Shown in pieces: positions 30,522-45,677 of a stretch of 64,000 nt of DNA. The translations under genes and the position numbers were made by a program. The notes beneath the pieces are model-generated. The model was not told the DNA's origin and ran no database searches. It worked only from the letters and a program-made list of their open reading frames with translations. Numbering within the stretch: the first letter of the stretch is position 1; the number at the start of each line of letters is the position of its first letter. The DNA is from Eledone cirrhosa (taxonomy: Eukaryota), in NCBI GenBank assembly GCA_964016885.1, contig OZ024742.1, positions 112,468,001-112,532,000 of the forward strand, read 5' to 3'.

Positions 30522-30682
30522 TTGGCCATGCTTTGCAGCAAAGAGTTACGTCCCTTTATGGTCTGAGTTCAAATCCCGCCGAGGTTAACTTTGCCTTTCA
30601 CCCTCACGGGGTCGATACAATATAGTACCAGTTATGTACTGGGATAATTGCTGGCATAGTGCCAAAAGTAGAAATAATTATT
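30522..30682 (+). mobile_element. SINE copy, 5'-truncated
   Basis: B box and core match the family consensus. Confidence 0.85.
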
Positions 30683-30966
30683 AAGGTTTCTCACACGCAC
30701 CCTCTGTATTATATGTACATTTGTTCATGTCTCAATCTTAAGGTATATAAATATTGAGTTTTTGGCATATCTTATTCACTACCATGACTGAATCGTAACC
30801 ATCAACTATGTCAGGATATGTCATGCATCATCTTATTTTATCTGATGAGGACGTACTGTTGAAGTTAGCTCAGTACCTCTGAAATATGTATAATAAAATA
30901 TATTTGAGCACACGAATGTCTATTTTTGTTAATATTTGAATTAATATATATATATATATATATACT

Positions 30967-31007
<41 letters not shown>

Positions 31008-31012
31008 TGAGA

Positions 31013-31064
<52 letters not shown>

Positions 31065-31369
31065 CAAATGCTGAGTTGCTCACAAATATTCTACGCGTTG
31101 GTTCGGTTCATTGTTGTTGTAGTCAAAGAATATCATAGGTGTTTTCTGCAGCGCGCGTGAGGCAAGTTATAAATAGTATTATTTATATGTATAAGAATGC
31201 GATAAATAAAGAATGGGAGCTAGTGTGAGGAAGGGAAACAGTATTATTGAGATTAGAATAGTGTGAATAGAATTGGGCACCTCTGTGCACACTTTAACCT
31301 ATTATCTCTCTTTCTTTCACTCACATCATTCTATTTCTCGCGACGCATCGGTAGTGACGTACATTTTAA

Positions 31370-31745
31370 AATAAGTGTTTCTACTTTTGGCACAAGGCCA
31401 GCAATTACCCAGTACAATACTGGTACTTTATTTTATCGTCCCCGTAAGGATGAAAAGCAAAGTTAACGTCGGCGGGATTTGAATTCAGATCGTAAAGCGA
31501 AGTAACTATGCTGGAAAGCATGTCCGACTCTCTACCGATACTACCAATAATTGTTTCTACTTTTGGCACAAGGCCAGCAATTACCCAGTGTATTACTGGT
31601 ACTTTATTTTATCGACCCCATAAGGATGAAAGGCAAATTTAACCTCGGCGGGATTTGAATTCAGAATGGCAAGGGCCGTAACTCTATGCGTCAAAGCATG
31701 GCGTCCGACCCTCTACCGATACTGCCAATCCACTGCCAATCCACT
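31370..31745 (-). mobile_element. Two tandem SINE copies
   Basis: Consensus repeated at ~31370-31548 and ~31549-31740. Confidence 0.9.
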
Positions 31746-32454
31746 ACCGATACTACCAATAATGGAAACAAGTTGCAGCTACACCTATGAGGTAAGGATA
31801 CACATCCTATCGATGTGATTCTCTTCTTCACGCAGGCGATCCTGTTTATTGTTTTAAGTCTCAAATGTTTACATTTCCGATATTATTCAGCTATATTATC
31901 GGTGATATTTCAACATTAGCAAAGAAAAAAATGTTAAAACTCTGCTTTATTACAAAAAACATAACGTTTTCATTATTATCATTCTAATATTGTAGCTGAA
32001 AAATATAAAGTTAAATTATATAATACGATAGACCGCTTCATTAAGTATATGTATGTGTGTGTGTAAGTATGCGTGTCCATGCCCGTGTGACTATATATAC
32101 TAGACCACCCGTGACCCGTTGGGTCATGTTCACTTAAAAATAATTTTAAATAATTAAAATATACACAAAATGTATATAATGTAAAATGACATTGGAAAGC
32201 CAATACGTGTATGTGTGTGTGTATATGTACGTGTGTATATATATATATGTGTGTTTGTGTGTGTGGCTGTCTGTGGCCTATATACACTGGTTACAGACAC
32301 ACACATCCTGTCCTAATACAAGTTATAAGATACATATAACTTAATATTCAGTGACCAAATTCAAGCTAGATACAGTAATGCTGTATTCAATTCTTTGCAG
32401 TCACCTGTCATAATTTCATTCAACACCACCACCAGCTGTCTCCCTCTCTCTCTC

Positions 32455-32582
<128 letters not shown>

Positions 32583-32999
32583 CCACTATCTGCGTTTGTA
32601 TTCACATTTAAATGGTACCTTATTTTCAAAGAATTTTCCCATTATGCGCTGTTTTGGCTACTTATAAAGGTACGCGGAAAAACCCACGTATCTCGGGAAC
32701 CCGTGGTCCGATTTACGCGAAACTTGTCTTTTCACTGTATTATTCACAAGTATTTTCACAAAGAAAATATCACATAATTTTTCACTAATAGCTATCCAAT
32801 CACTCCACTTCAAAATTCTTTTTTCTATATCTCTATGGATGCTTGACTGTTTGTTCTGAAAGATTTTTCTGCTTAAAAAGTCGCAATGTTAATGTAAATA
32901 AGCTGGTTTTATTTACAAAAATTTGAAAGAAAATATTCTTACTTGTCTTAATTTTTCCTTTTCCTTTCATTTTCTGACGTCGGAATCAACATTTTCTCA

Positions 33000-35900
33000 T
33001 ATTTACGCTGTTACAGTTTGTTCAAAAGAATGCTGTTGATGACAACAGTCTTAGTAGACTGGGTTTCCTTCAGAAACACTCAGACATTTTCTTTTCGTAT
33101 TCCGCGGCTAAGGGCTACAACAGTTAACCGTGTTGGAATACAGGTCATTCCAGATAAACCAAGACGTTTTCCATAGTTTGTCCTTGTGCTTTATGAATAG
33201 TCATAGCGAAGCACGATTGAACTTGGAATTGGCTTCGGGGCAAAGGGATATCCTCAACTTCGGATAGATTAATTCTTATTCTAGGTATCATAACGATCTC
33301 ATTTCTGAAAGCATCAGTGTTGATTCTTGTTACTATGAGATTGTCGTGCAGTTCTTCCACGATCATGCGCGTTCCATAACAAAGCCTTTGAGGATTCAAG
33401 TTTCTCATGAGAATTATTGGCGATCCTTTTTTCAATTTAAGGTTATGTGGTGGCAGTTCTGATAGTTCAACCAAATCAAGGAATTCAGTCGGGAAATGAG
33501 TGGCACTGGCACCATCACTCACAGAAGTATAGGATCCGTACTCTTTTATGGTTCCAGGGAAGCGTGTGGTACATGTGGAATTGATGCTTCTCATCATTTC
33601 ATTGACAGGTACTAAGATGCAATTGTTCGAAAACACTTCAGCTGCATTGTCGAATGAGGGGTAGATGAAATCAATACATTCTTCAATAGTTGTTGCTTGG
33701 AGAACCATTTCTTTCGCAAACTAATTTCCCCATTTTCAGTTTTTGTTACCTTATCTTCTCTAATATCCAATAGGAACTGTGAATAGTCTCCTGCTCCCCA
33801 CCCAATCGCATGTTTGTCTTCAACTGAAATCTTTTGAAGATTCGCCATAAGTAGGATTTTTTAATGCAGGCGTTTTCCACGTCCGCTTCATTTTCCCTTT
33901 TTACTACCGAAGGAAGCTGACGTAAATCGCCACAGCAAATTGACACAATTCTACCGAATGCCTCATTGTTGTCGCATATGTCACCCAGAGTGAGGTCAAC
34001 AGCTTCGAAGCTTTCCCTCCGAATCATCGGACAATCATTCCAAACAATGAGGCTTGAATGCTGGAAGAGGTTTCCCGTCTTTCAGTGTTTATCAATGTTG
34101 CACAGACCATTTTCTTTCTTTCACTACTATCGGTATTTTGAACCTAGAATGCGCTGTTCTTTCACCAGGCATCAGTGTTGCGGAAATGCCAGATGCTGCA
34201 ACAGCAATAGCCACGTCAAAGATTCCCCTGACTTTTGAAAATAATTAAGTTAATCAGGAGTGTCTTTCTTGTTCCACCTGGAGCGTCAATGAAAATCAAT
34301 GCAGATGTGTTCGTCTCTAAACTGTTAAAAACGAAGTCGTACACGTGTTTTTCACTATTCGTCTCTACTCTTCTCTGCTGTATTGCAATTCATGCAATAA
34401 CTCCAAATTGCCAATATCCTGATCAATATTATTTGGCCTTGGCAAGTTAAAGTCACTAAGACTTTTGCTCAGGTCGTTAAGTTTGTCTTCAAAATACAGA
34501 ATACATTGATCAACATGTCTCTCGCTAATCAAAATGTTAGAGTTTCTGGTAGCCCTTTTTTCTATTTGATGGTAATCCTCAGACAGCGAATGCTTAAATC
34601 GAATACATAAATCACTGGAATTGTCAATTTCCGTATTTCTGAGGAGCACGATGAATAGATCCCTCACAGCTTTGGTAAGCCTTGTTCGCTCAGCATCTTC
34701 CAGAGTCTGCTGCCAATGATCATCCATTGAAGCAAACCTTTCTCTCTGTAGACGTCTTTGAATAATGGCAGGAGTTCTCCATCACACATTTTCAAAGAGT
34801 TGAAGGATACTGGCCCTTTGACGTGTTGCAGAAGGAGTCTTAAATAATACAGGTCACAACTTCGTGGAGAAACAGTGTATACTCGTCCCAAAACGTTCGC
34901 CTCAAAAATCATGGATACTGCTCAACTGTTTCCCCAACCTTTCTCCTTCGGCATAATACAATGTTTTTGCAAACGGATCGCGATCGCAAGGATCCATGAA
35001 CTCAGTCAGAGTCGTCTTAGCCATGTTATTGTTTACTTTAACAGCAGCATTGACCCGAAAGAAGATTTGATTTTCCTCAGGTAGATGAAGTTGAAGGCGA
35101 ACTACGGGCGGTTCTTTCTGACGAATTGGAAATCCAAGTACCAAGTCAACAGCTTCTGAAGGACCGATATATCTTCCTGTTAAATACTGTATTATCTCAT
35201 CTTCCCTGTTCACTCCAAACATTGCCCGATCACTGCCCTTCATGGTATATTTGATAATGTATTTGATCGATTTCACGGAAGAGCACATATCTACGTTTAG
35301 GTGGCAGTTGAACAGTTTCAATAGATACATATTTTAGGGAACCACCCATTCCGAAGTTATAATTCGGCTTCCCCTTTCTTCTTGGTGCACCTCAAATCCT
35401 CCCATTCCCGGAGACCGTCTTCTGTACACAGGATAAGAGTCCTCTCCACACAATGTATATTCATTGAAATGCTTAGGGTACCGCTTACTGCACGTTCCAT
35501 CTTTCTAACACGGCGAATTGTTAGAGCAATTCGGACCGTGGATAATGTGCTTCAGCACCACTTCATAACCCTCTGGATCTTTGATTGGATCTGGTATTTC
35601 GGCTTGAACAAATTTATCATATTCTTGCGGTCTGGGCTTGGAGGATTCATTGAGCCATAGCAAACAGTGCACATGAGGAAGACCTCGATTTTGATATTCG
35701 ACTGACAGCACATAAGCAATGCACTTGCCAAATAGGCCATCTACTCCAGTAATATACTTTCTTAACAGTTTCCGGTTCAGGTCAAATACTCTGGCAATTA
35801 AATCTGGCCTGTCATGTGGCTTCTGATTCAGGAATAGGTTTTGCCGGATTTCAGGTCAGTTTGGGTTGCATGTCATTGTGATGAAGACAAAGGATTACCG

Positions 35901-37400
35901 TATTTCAGTATGTAAATCATGGTATCCTGGCATCGCTCCATCATATATCTCGGTCCACCGACAAATATCATTCGCCAATATTGCGAAAATCGTCATCATC
36001 ATTCAATGCGTCAGTAAGGCCCTTGTATGTTGTAGATCGAAATGATGTTTGATTCATTTGGATGTATTGCAGCCTATCTCCTTCAATCTTCGCAGCCATG
36101 TCAACCAAATATTGCTGAAACAAACTACCGCCTCTGAGGAGTTAGTTAAATTCATCGTCATGGTTCATTATTCGATAGCCATAGTAGCGCATTGGAGTCA
36201 ACTTCTTGTTGTTGGTCATTAACAGCTCATGATGCAATCCGTCATCGCCAAAAGGAAACAACTAGAACATACTGCAAACTGTCATAGGACCGATGGAAAT
36301 CTGAGATTATTTGCAATTGTCCGCCTTTTTCTCTCAACACAATGTGCCGTGATGTTCCTTGAAGTTCGGTGCTGTTTTGTATAATAACGGCAACTTCGTT
36401 TGCAATTTGTGCATTGAATCTTCTCTCATGTTCCATTGCTGGTCTCCCATCAGGATCAATAATAGTCGAAGTTTCGGTAATATTTTTAATTTCTTCTTTT
36501 GCCTTTCGAAATGAAGCAACGTAAGGGTTATATTGTCTGAGTATTATTTCCAATAGTTCGACTATGTCGCGCTGAAATGCCATCGTTATGGAGTATCCTG
36601 ATCCTCACATCAACACTATCCTGAAGATCCAAGAAGTAAATTTGAAGAAATTTGGGTTGTTGGTTGGGATTAGGGATTAAGGAACCGATGTAATGGTGAA
36701 TTTGACCATGAATAACGATAGAAGGATTCCATCCACTCCTTGAGGAACGAACTTCTTCGGTCCCAAAAGATGTCATTTGGAACAGGCAGTTGTATTGTCT
36801 GAGGTTCCTCCTGAACTCGTTTGCCCTAGCTGGATCAGTACTAAATAAACTGTGAAGTTCCTGGGGTAAAGGCTGCAGATTACCCAACCTGACTATTCCA
36901 TTCATACAGCAACAGTTAGTAGTTTCACCATGAAAAAGCATTGCATGACAACAGACACATATCTTATTCGTCTGTCAGCAGAGAGGTCACGTCGTTGAAC
37001 TGTCCTTGCTCTATCCCTAATGGTTTGTTGGCAAATACTTTCAGTTCTCTGAGCGTCCGATTCATGATCTCTCCTTCTTCTGTCTCTCTCCCTCTGTTCC
37101 GCCTGACGCTCAGCTCTCCGACCATCCGATTCATGATCTCTCCTTCTTATGTCTCTTTGCATCTGTTCCGCCTGACGCTCAGCTCTCCGACCATCCGATT
37201 CATGATCTCTCCTGCTTCTGACTCTTTTCCCCTGTTCCGCCTGACGCGCAGCCCTTGCTTTATCAGTCTCATCGATCCTTCTGTTTGTATGCCTGTCCCG
37301 AACTTGTTGGCGTTGACCACTATCTTGCTCACCTTCTTCGGCTCTACTTAGCCGTGCTTTCTTTCCACTATCGATAGCCCAGCCATATTGTTTCTTTCTT
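33000..37400 (-). pseudogene. Helitron RepHel (HUH/Y2 Rep plus PIF1-like SF1 helicase), multiple stops and frameshifts
   Basis: FRRNLRQYNCLFQMTSFG, GQIHHYIGSL, RSYDSLQYVL, FITMTCNP, DRPDLIARVF, VEYQNRGLPHVHCLLW (HUH), IKYIIKY..KGSD (Y2), LYYLRLLL, FIDAPGGTRKT, GDLRQLP, CFAMTIHKAQGQT, VALSR. Confidence 0.95.
37055..37255 (-). repeat. 66-bp coding tandem repeat (~3 copies) in the RepHel N-terminus
   Basis: ccgattcatgatctctcct recurs every 66 bp. Encodes RRRDHESDGRRAERQAEQ-type repeats. Confidence 0.85.
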
Positions 37401-38214
37401 TATCGTCGAGTCATTATTTAAGAATCTAAAATCGTATTCACCTTAGAAAAAATTCCTATTACCTCAACAAATATTTTTGTTTAAATCATCATTTAGAAAT
37501 ATTTCTAAAAAATGAAAATATTGTCTGTTTAAACAAGTCGTATTTTTCAAATCAAATTTTCTTAAAAAATACTTATTAATAATTAAAATATTCTGTTTAA
37601 AGAGAGCTGAAATATATATACTCAGTGTACAAATAATTTGTATTTTTTAAGTCATTTTCACTTAAGAATAATTTTTAAATATGCCAAGAAATATTTTTTC
37701 CATCGTATTCATTTGAAAATAATAAAAAAAAAATTAAGGTATTGTGTATGTAAATAAAGTTATTTGTAAAATCAAATTCTCTTTAAAATATTTCTAAAAT
37801 AATTGAATTATTCTTTTTAACAAAAGCAAAAATATAAACACCTACTGATTAACACCAACTGGTATTTTTGAGTGATATTCACTTAATGCTTTTCTGATAG
37901 TTAAAATATCGTGTATTTAAAGAAAGTTCAAATATAGATACTTGAAGTACAAACAACTTGTAGTTTTAAAATCTTATTCACTGAGAAATCACTGCAAAAT
38001 CTTTTGTTAATAATTATTTAAAATATTTCTCGAATGATGAAAATAGTTTATGTCGATTTACGTCAAATTGTTTTATACCCATTTCAGGGTTATATCTCTT
38101 ACAGGGCTATTTTTCCATTCTGCACCGTTTTGGCTATTTACGAAGGTATCCTACACACACACACACACACACACGTGCACACACACATATACCCCCCCCC
38201 CCCCTACACACACG

Positions 38215-38291
<77 letters not shown>

Positions 38292-39054
38292 ACACAAATA
38301 TATATATATATATGTCTCTAATATAAATACTGTTACACACACATACACACATGTCTCTAAGTACGTAAACACATGCACTGGCTCACATACACATACAGAT
38401 ACACACGGTGGCAGTAGAACTGTGAAAGAGAGAGAAAGAAATAACGTTATGGATAAGGGGGAGAGTTAAAATAAATAAAAGTTAAGGACGCTGTCTATTT
38501 CCCTATCTGTCATCCCCCCTCTTTCTCTCATCCCCTCACTCTCTTACTTTCTCCTCTCGCGCTCACTATTTCTTTCTCTCTATCTCACCCCCCTCTCTGT
38601 CTCTCTTACCTACAGAACGGACAAACAAAAAACAAATAGATTATTTCTTTCGCTATTCATTATAAAATAAGATAAATTAAATTTAGATGAAATCCTTTAT
38701 ATTTTTGGAAAATTGAAAATATTGTCCATGTGCGAATTAAGTCAAACATTTTTTATTCAGAGTATTTTCTCATTATGTAATGTTTTGGCTATTTACGAAG
38801 TTTTGCTGGATTATGTTAATTTCGAGGTATTTTCCCAGCATGCACCGTTGTGGCTATTTACGAAGGTACCACCAATACCTGCGAATCTTGGGAACCCGTT
38901 GTCAGATTTTCGCGAAACTTGTTTTATTCAATTTGTATTCGCATTTCAGAGGCAACTTGCTTTCAAAGTACTTACTCATTATGCGCCCTTTTGGCTGTAC
39001 TACATAACAGACAAGCAAGCACGCAAGCAAGCACTCAAGATCAGAGTTTTAGTA

Positions 39055-39137
<83 letters not shown>

Positions 39138-39336
39138 ACGGAGAAAATGTGGTAAGCAACAAGTGGACCATAAAGCACCAAAGTACTCAATACTTAGTGT
39201 AGTAGAGAGGGTAACGGGAACGAGTAGGACCCCGACGGGTGAGCTCAAGCCGTTTGGACGGCTAATTCTGGACTAATTGAGTCCAGAATTAGCCGTCTAA
39301 ACGGCTTGAGGCTCAGCCGTCGGGGTCCTGCTCGTT

Positions 39337-39340
<4 letters not shown>
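39138..39340 (-). mobile_element. PLE 3'-tail fragment (family B) with ~60-bp inversion, in (TA)n
   Basis: Reverse-orientation relative of 5052-5260. Palindrome centred at ~39277. Confidence 0.75.
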
Positions 39341-39385
<45 letters not shown>

Positions 39386-39519
39386 ATACACAAACATATC
39401 CACGGTTAATTGGGGTGTCTAGTCTGCATGAAGAACTGAATGTAATCCATATGTTGAAAATGTTGTAGGTTAAAATAAATCCCGGAAAATAATAAAACAT
39501 CAACAGGAAAACAGTCATG

Positions 39520-40385
39520 CTATAAGTTAAAACAATTAAATAAACATTCAAGTCATTAGAAATATACTTCACTGCTTTACGATCGTTTCTAGTTGATAAT
39601 AATACATTGAACGCATATTTCGTTATCGATATATGTAGGGTTAGTTACAAAATATCAAATAGGGAATATATTTACCTACATTGATATCATCAGCCGTTGT
39701 CAAAAGCAATGAACATTTTATTCAAAATCAATAGTAAATTGAGTACTATGACCTTATTTGGAGGTAGCTGAAGAACAAACCAATCAAATGTTTTTTTTTT
39801 TGGAATATCATATTAAGATGAAATATAACTCACTTTAGTTGATGACATGACCCTTTGAAAGGAATGGTTGAATGGTGTTAAAAATAGAATTACTATAAAG
39901 AACCTATGAATAAAAAGGAATTGTTATATTGATAGTGGAATGTAGATGGTGGAGTGAAGTTTAAAATGGAATGTAAATATAAAATATACAGAAATAACTA
40001 GGATAAATAAAGATAGGTAAACTAATGGTCATAACTAGGAAGGATAGTATATTAAAAGATGAAAATTAAAATAAGATAATAAAATATAATAATATAATAA
40101 TATAATATACTGTAATATAATATAGTACAGTATGGTACATTCTATATAGTATAATATAGCGTATGATGCATCATAAAATATAAAATACTAAATATGTTCA
40201 AGTATATAAATAATCAAACTCAGATAAATGCATGTTGACATATAGTCAAAACGCATAATTTTCTTAGACCAAAAAAGTACATATATTCACATATATAGAT
40301 AAATGTACAATTGATACTCCTTTAAAAACACACATACGCATGCATAGATATAAACATATACTAATACATACATACACGCACTCAA

Positions 40386-40449
<64 letters not shown>

Positions 40450-40484
40450 ATATCTATATATATATTTTGAGTATATGTTGGTTG

Positions 40485-40515
<31 letters not shown>

Positions 40516-42088
40516 TTATACATACATATATACATGTACACACACATACATGTACATACACATTATACACACACATACACATATACACACATATATATAT
40601 ACATATATATATAGACATATGCTCCTACCCAGGCATTACAGGTGGTTATGAACCATAATGCCCTTAGTCAGTAACGCATGAATCTATGGATGCTAAAAAA
40701 TTAAAAGGTTAAAAAATAAAAAAAATAAACAGAAAGGCGTATAATTAGGGGAAGGTGATACTAACAAATCGTACGTCACATAGAACTATAGTGAGTTGCT
40801 ATTTAGAATGTTTAATTAGGTTTATAGTACTTAAATGTTCTTCGTATACGGTGATTACAAGCTATAATCAGTCCTGTCTTTTATTCAAAACATCGTCCTT
40901 AGATTTATTATTTCCAAGATCTTCCCGGAACATAATCTGCATTCTCTCCTGTTCCCAAGATATGGAGTTCTTTGCAGAATGGTATTCCATGATAGCTTGG
41001 AATCTATTTTTTTTCTTTTTATAGTTATTTACTGCTTCAGCTAATGATGTGGTGTTAGCTAGTTTAGTAATGTTAAAGCTACTGGAATGTGCGTAATATA
41101 TTTTCTTAAATGTGTTCGTTCGATGTAGATCCTATATATGATTTGTTGGATTCCGCAGTAGACACAGTGCATTTATATATTACATTGTTAATCAAACAGT
41201 TGCCAGTTAAGGGGCAAACATTTCTATTTCTGCAATTACAACCATACGTAAGATGGTTGTTGGTGTACCTACATAATTCTCATTAATCCTTGAGTTATTC
41301 TTATTGTAATTAATGTTAGAGAGAGAATGAGTGCTGCTTTGTGGGTGATTTAGTGCTGGGGTTGTATTTTGATTTTGTGTTATGTTGTTTTTGTGTTGGT
41401 GATTTGGGTTGTTGTGTTTTCCAGGTTGAAGGATTGTATTATTTGTCCTTTTAAAAGGTGCAGTCTTATTTAAATTATATTGTGGTGGTGTGGTCATATT
41501 ATCCTTAAATGTATAAATGTTGTAGTTGCATTGTGTGATCTAGAGTATGAGAATTTAACAGTATACCTGTTAAATATTTGTTGGCATCTGTGGTTTAGTG
41601 GAAAATATTTATGTAGAAATACTAAACTAGCTAACACCACATCTTTAGCTGAAACAGTAAATAATTATAAAAAGAAAAAAATAGATTTCAAGCTATCGTG
41701 GAATACCATTCTGCAAAGAACTCCATGCCTTGGGAACAGGAGAGAATGCAGATTATGTTCCGGGGAGATCTTGGAAATTACTAAATCTAAGGACGATTTA
41801 TTGAATAAAAGACAGGAAATGATTATAGCTTGTAATCACCGTATACGAAAAATATTTAAGTACTATAAACCTAATTAAACATTCTAAATAGCAACTCACT
41901 ATAGTTCTATGTGACGTACGATTTTTTAGTATCCCCTTCCCCTAATTATACGCCTTCCTGTTTATTTTGTTTTATTTTTTAACCTTTTACATTTTTAGCT
42001 TCCATGCTTTACTGACTAATGGCATCAAGGTACATAACCACCTGTAATTGCATGGGTATATATGTATCTATGTATGTATGATAGGAGA

Positions 42089-42125
<37 letters not shown>

Positions 42126-43128
42126 CGTATATGTGTATGTGTGTGTGTATATGTGTATGTACATGTATATGTGTATGTACATGTATATATGATTCTATAA
42201 GTGTGTGTATATATATATTTATATATTTGAGTGCGTGTAGGTATGTATTAATATATGTTTATATCTATGTGTGCGTATGTATGCTTTTAATGGAGTATCA
42301 ATATAATTAAACCTCTATCTATATATGTGAATATATGTACTTTTGTGGTCTAAGAAAATGATGCGTTTTGACTATCTGTCACATGCATTTATCTGAGTTT
42401 GTTTACTCATACGCTTGAAAATATTTACTATTTTATATTTTATGATGCATCAAACACTATATTATACTATATACAATGTACCATACTGTAATACATTATA
42501 TTACAGTATATTATATTATTATATTATTATATTTTATTTCATCTTTTAATATACTATCATTATTAGTTATGCCTATTAGTTTACCTATCTATATTTATCC
42601 TAGTTATTTCTGTATATTTTATATTTACTTATTTATGTTCACCTAAAAATTCCATACAACACAACTCAACATTTAATTGTTACATTCCTTTTTACACTTC
42701 ACTCCACCATCTACATTCCACTATCAATATAACAATTCCTTTTTATTCATTGGTTCTTTATAGGATCTCTATTTTTAACACCATTCAACCAATCCTTTCA
42801 AAGGGCCATGACCTCAACTAAAGTGAGTTATATTTCATCTTAACATCATACGGCAAAAAACCATTTGATTGGTTTGTTCTTCAGCTACCTCCTAATAAGG
42901 TCATATAACTCAATTTACTATTGATTTTGAATACAATGTTCATTGCTTTTGACAACGGTTGATGATATACATGTAGGTCAATTATTCCTTATTTGATATT
43001 TTGTAACTAACCCTACATAGATCGATAACGAAATATGCATACGATGTATTATTATCACATAGAAACGATCGTAAATCGGTGAACTATATTTCTAATGACT
43101 TAAATTTTTATATCATTGTTTTAACTTA
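39520..43128. mobile_element. PLE arranged as a long inverted repeat (arms ~39520-41070 and ~41620-43128) with GIY-YIG remnants
   Basis: Arms are diverged reverse complements. Plus strand: TTSLAETV..KLSWN..CRLCSGE..LLNKRQEMIIACNHR. Minus strand spacer: IFNRYTVKFSYS and CNCRNRNVCPLTGNCL..VIYKCTV..YIGST. Confidence 0.9.
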
Positions 43129-43349
43129 TATATATATATACAATGATATTAAATAAATGGAAACTATATTTATAAAACCATATTTATTCTATTATATATA
43201 TTTCAAGGGTACCAAAACCCTGGTGTGTTTTATAAATTTTGACATAACCAACGAAAATAACTTAACGGTTCAAGTTTTCCTTGAATTATATATAATAGAA
43301 TAAATATAGTTTCCATTTATTTAATATCATTATGAATCCGTATTTAATA

Positions 43350-44702
43350 TCAGTATGAACCCGACGGCAGAGCTCAAGCAGTATTCATTTTCGGCCCATA
43401 TCTGGGACCTCAGATGTAATAATATAACATACAATCTCACTTGGATCTTACTGTCCAGACCTAACTCTTACACGGGAGGACGCTCGATGAAAACATTACA
43501 AATGTTGTTTTCGAAGGACCAACTCCTAAACAGGAAGACGAACTGGTAACCACATGCAAACACAGATTGCATAGGACTTACCTCGCCCTCAGACCCGATA
43601 AGGACCTGGGTGGGTAGACAAGGGCTGATACCCGCCACTTGCCGATTTTGTCAGGGGAAACCCCTGCTTACATAGGTAGACGTACCTTTTTCTTTTCCTC
43701 TACGTTTCCTTCTTCCCCATCTCATCCTATCACTTCCTTCCACCCCCGATTTCTCTCTCGTCTGTTTTTCACCTTTCGCCTACCCCGATGCAGCCCATCG
43801 GTTTTTTGTAGCCTCAGTACCCGCACCCCCGTAAGTTTAAGATAGAATTGGCCGATTACGCTTTATTAATAGCAGATGTGTTAGACACCTGTAATTTCTT
43901 CTTTTTTGTTACTACTCAATTTCTACAATCTCTAAATTTCTTATTTAGTATTATTTTTTTCTCAACTTATTAACCTGTAATTGTAAGATAGCATCGGCTG
44001 ATTACGCTTTACTATTTATAGAAGCTGTGTTCGACCCCCTATAAAGCCTGCTTTAAACATGTTTTCACTACCAACTACAATCTCTTACTTAGTATTTTCC
44101 CATTCTCTACCTATTATACTTTTCTATAGCTTAGCAATCCCTTCTTATAGCAGATGTTTCTAAACTCTACTGTTTTTATATTTTTATTCATTTCTCACTA
44201 TCTAAACATTTTTTTTAGACATTTATTATTTCTTTATTCTTATTTTAATTTTACTCCCTTTCGACTTACCTATACTTTCAACCCCCCTCCTCCTTTTTTC
44301 CATTACAATTTTTCGACTTTTCATATTTTATCCTTAGAATCTGCTGTATAGATTTCTCTTTCAACGCCTGACTGGCTTTCTTCACTCCCTCTTTGTTCTA
44401 CCGGCAAGTTCTGCCACCCTACCTCCCACCAAATGCCATGATAGAATTATTTGTCTTTATAACAAATTTTGACCAGTCCTATTGACAATTACTATCTTCA
44501 TATATAAAGAATTACCCCTTGATAAGTTTCGCTATTTATTTACCAGGCTATATATTCTTACTTAGTCCAGAAATAGCCGTCGAAACGGCCTGAGCTCTGC
44601 CGTCGGGGTCATACTTGTACTTATTACCCACTCTACTACACTAAGTATTGAGCACTTTGGTGCGTTATGGCCCATCTGGTTCCTTACCACAATTCCTTCA
44701 TT
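43350..44702 (+). mobile_element. PLE 3' portion (family B): GIY-YIG C-terminus, ~1-kb 3' UTR and terminal ribozyme-like fold
   Basis: FSAHIWDLRCNNITYNLTWILL..LLNRK../CKHR. Ends with the same tail as 5121-5260 followed by (TA)n. 43352-43379 is a short inverted copy of the tail. Confidence 0.8.
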
Positions 44703-44712
44703 ATATATATAC

Positions 44713-44766
<54 letters not shown>

Positions 44767-44911
44767 GTATATATATATATATATATATACATAATATATA
44801 TATATATATATATAGTAATAATAATAAATTTGAAGACTAAAATCCAAAGAGGGCTCGATAAGGATAAATATATATCAAATATATAAGAACCGTAGAGCAA
44901 ATATTTAATAA

Positions 44912-44981
<70 letters not shown>

Positions 44982-44986
<5 letters not shown>

Positions 44987-45513
44987 TATGTACACGTACA
45001 TACATATATGTATACAGACGTACAGTAGTATGTATATATATATATATACATACATGCATTATAATAAATGTTCGGTAAATCAATAAGTACATATATATAT
45101 ATACGTGTGCATGTATGTATATATATATACATACTACTGTACGTTTGTATACATATATGTATGTACGTGTACATACTTATATTTAAGTAACAGCCGTACT
45201 AAGTGTGGGAAATGAAATTTCGTTTCATTTTTCCGTTTATCGTTTTTGGTGCACCCGGCCGATTAACCGACTCGATATGCAAATTGGGCTACTCAGCCGT
45301 TAACATGCATAAGGTAAGTATATGCGTTCAATAATCTGGCAGGAAGGTATACGTTGCTGACGATAGCTAATAAGCTTGAAAGTAGTACAGCGTTCCTTTG
45401 TCAGTGTTGAACAAACGAGCAACGATGGTTGCTGGACACTACGGCTTAATACGGGATGTATGTTTACAAACACACCGATCATTATAATAAATGTTCGGTG
45501 AATCCATACGTAC

Positions 45514-45544
<31 letters not shown>

Positions 45545-45677
45545 CATGTATGTATATATATACATATACATACTACTGTACGTCTGTACACATACATGTA
45601 TGTACGTGTACATACTTATATTTAAGTAACAGCCGTACTAAGAGTGGGAAATGAAATTTCGTTTCACTTTTTCCGTT

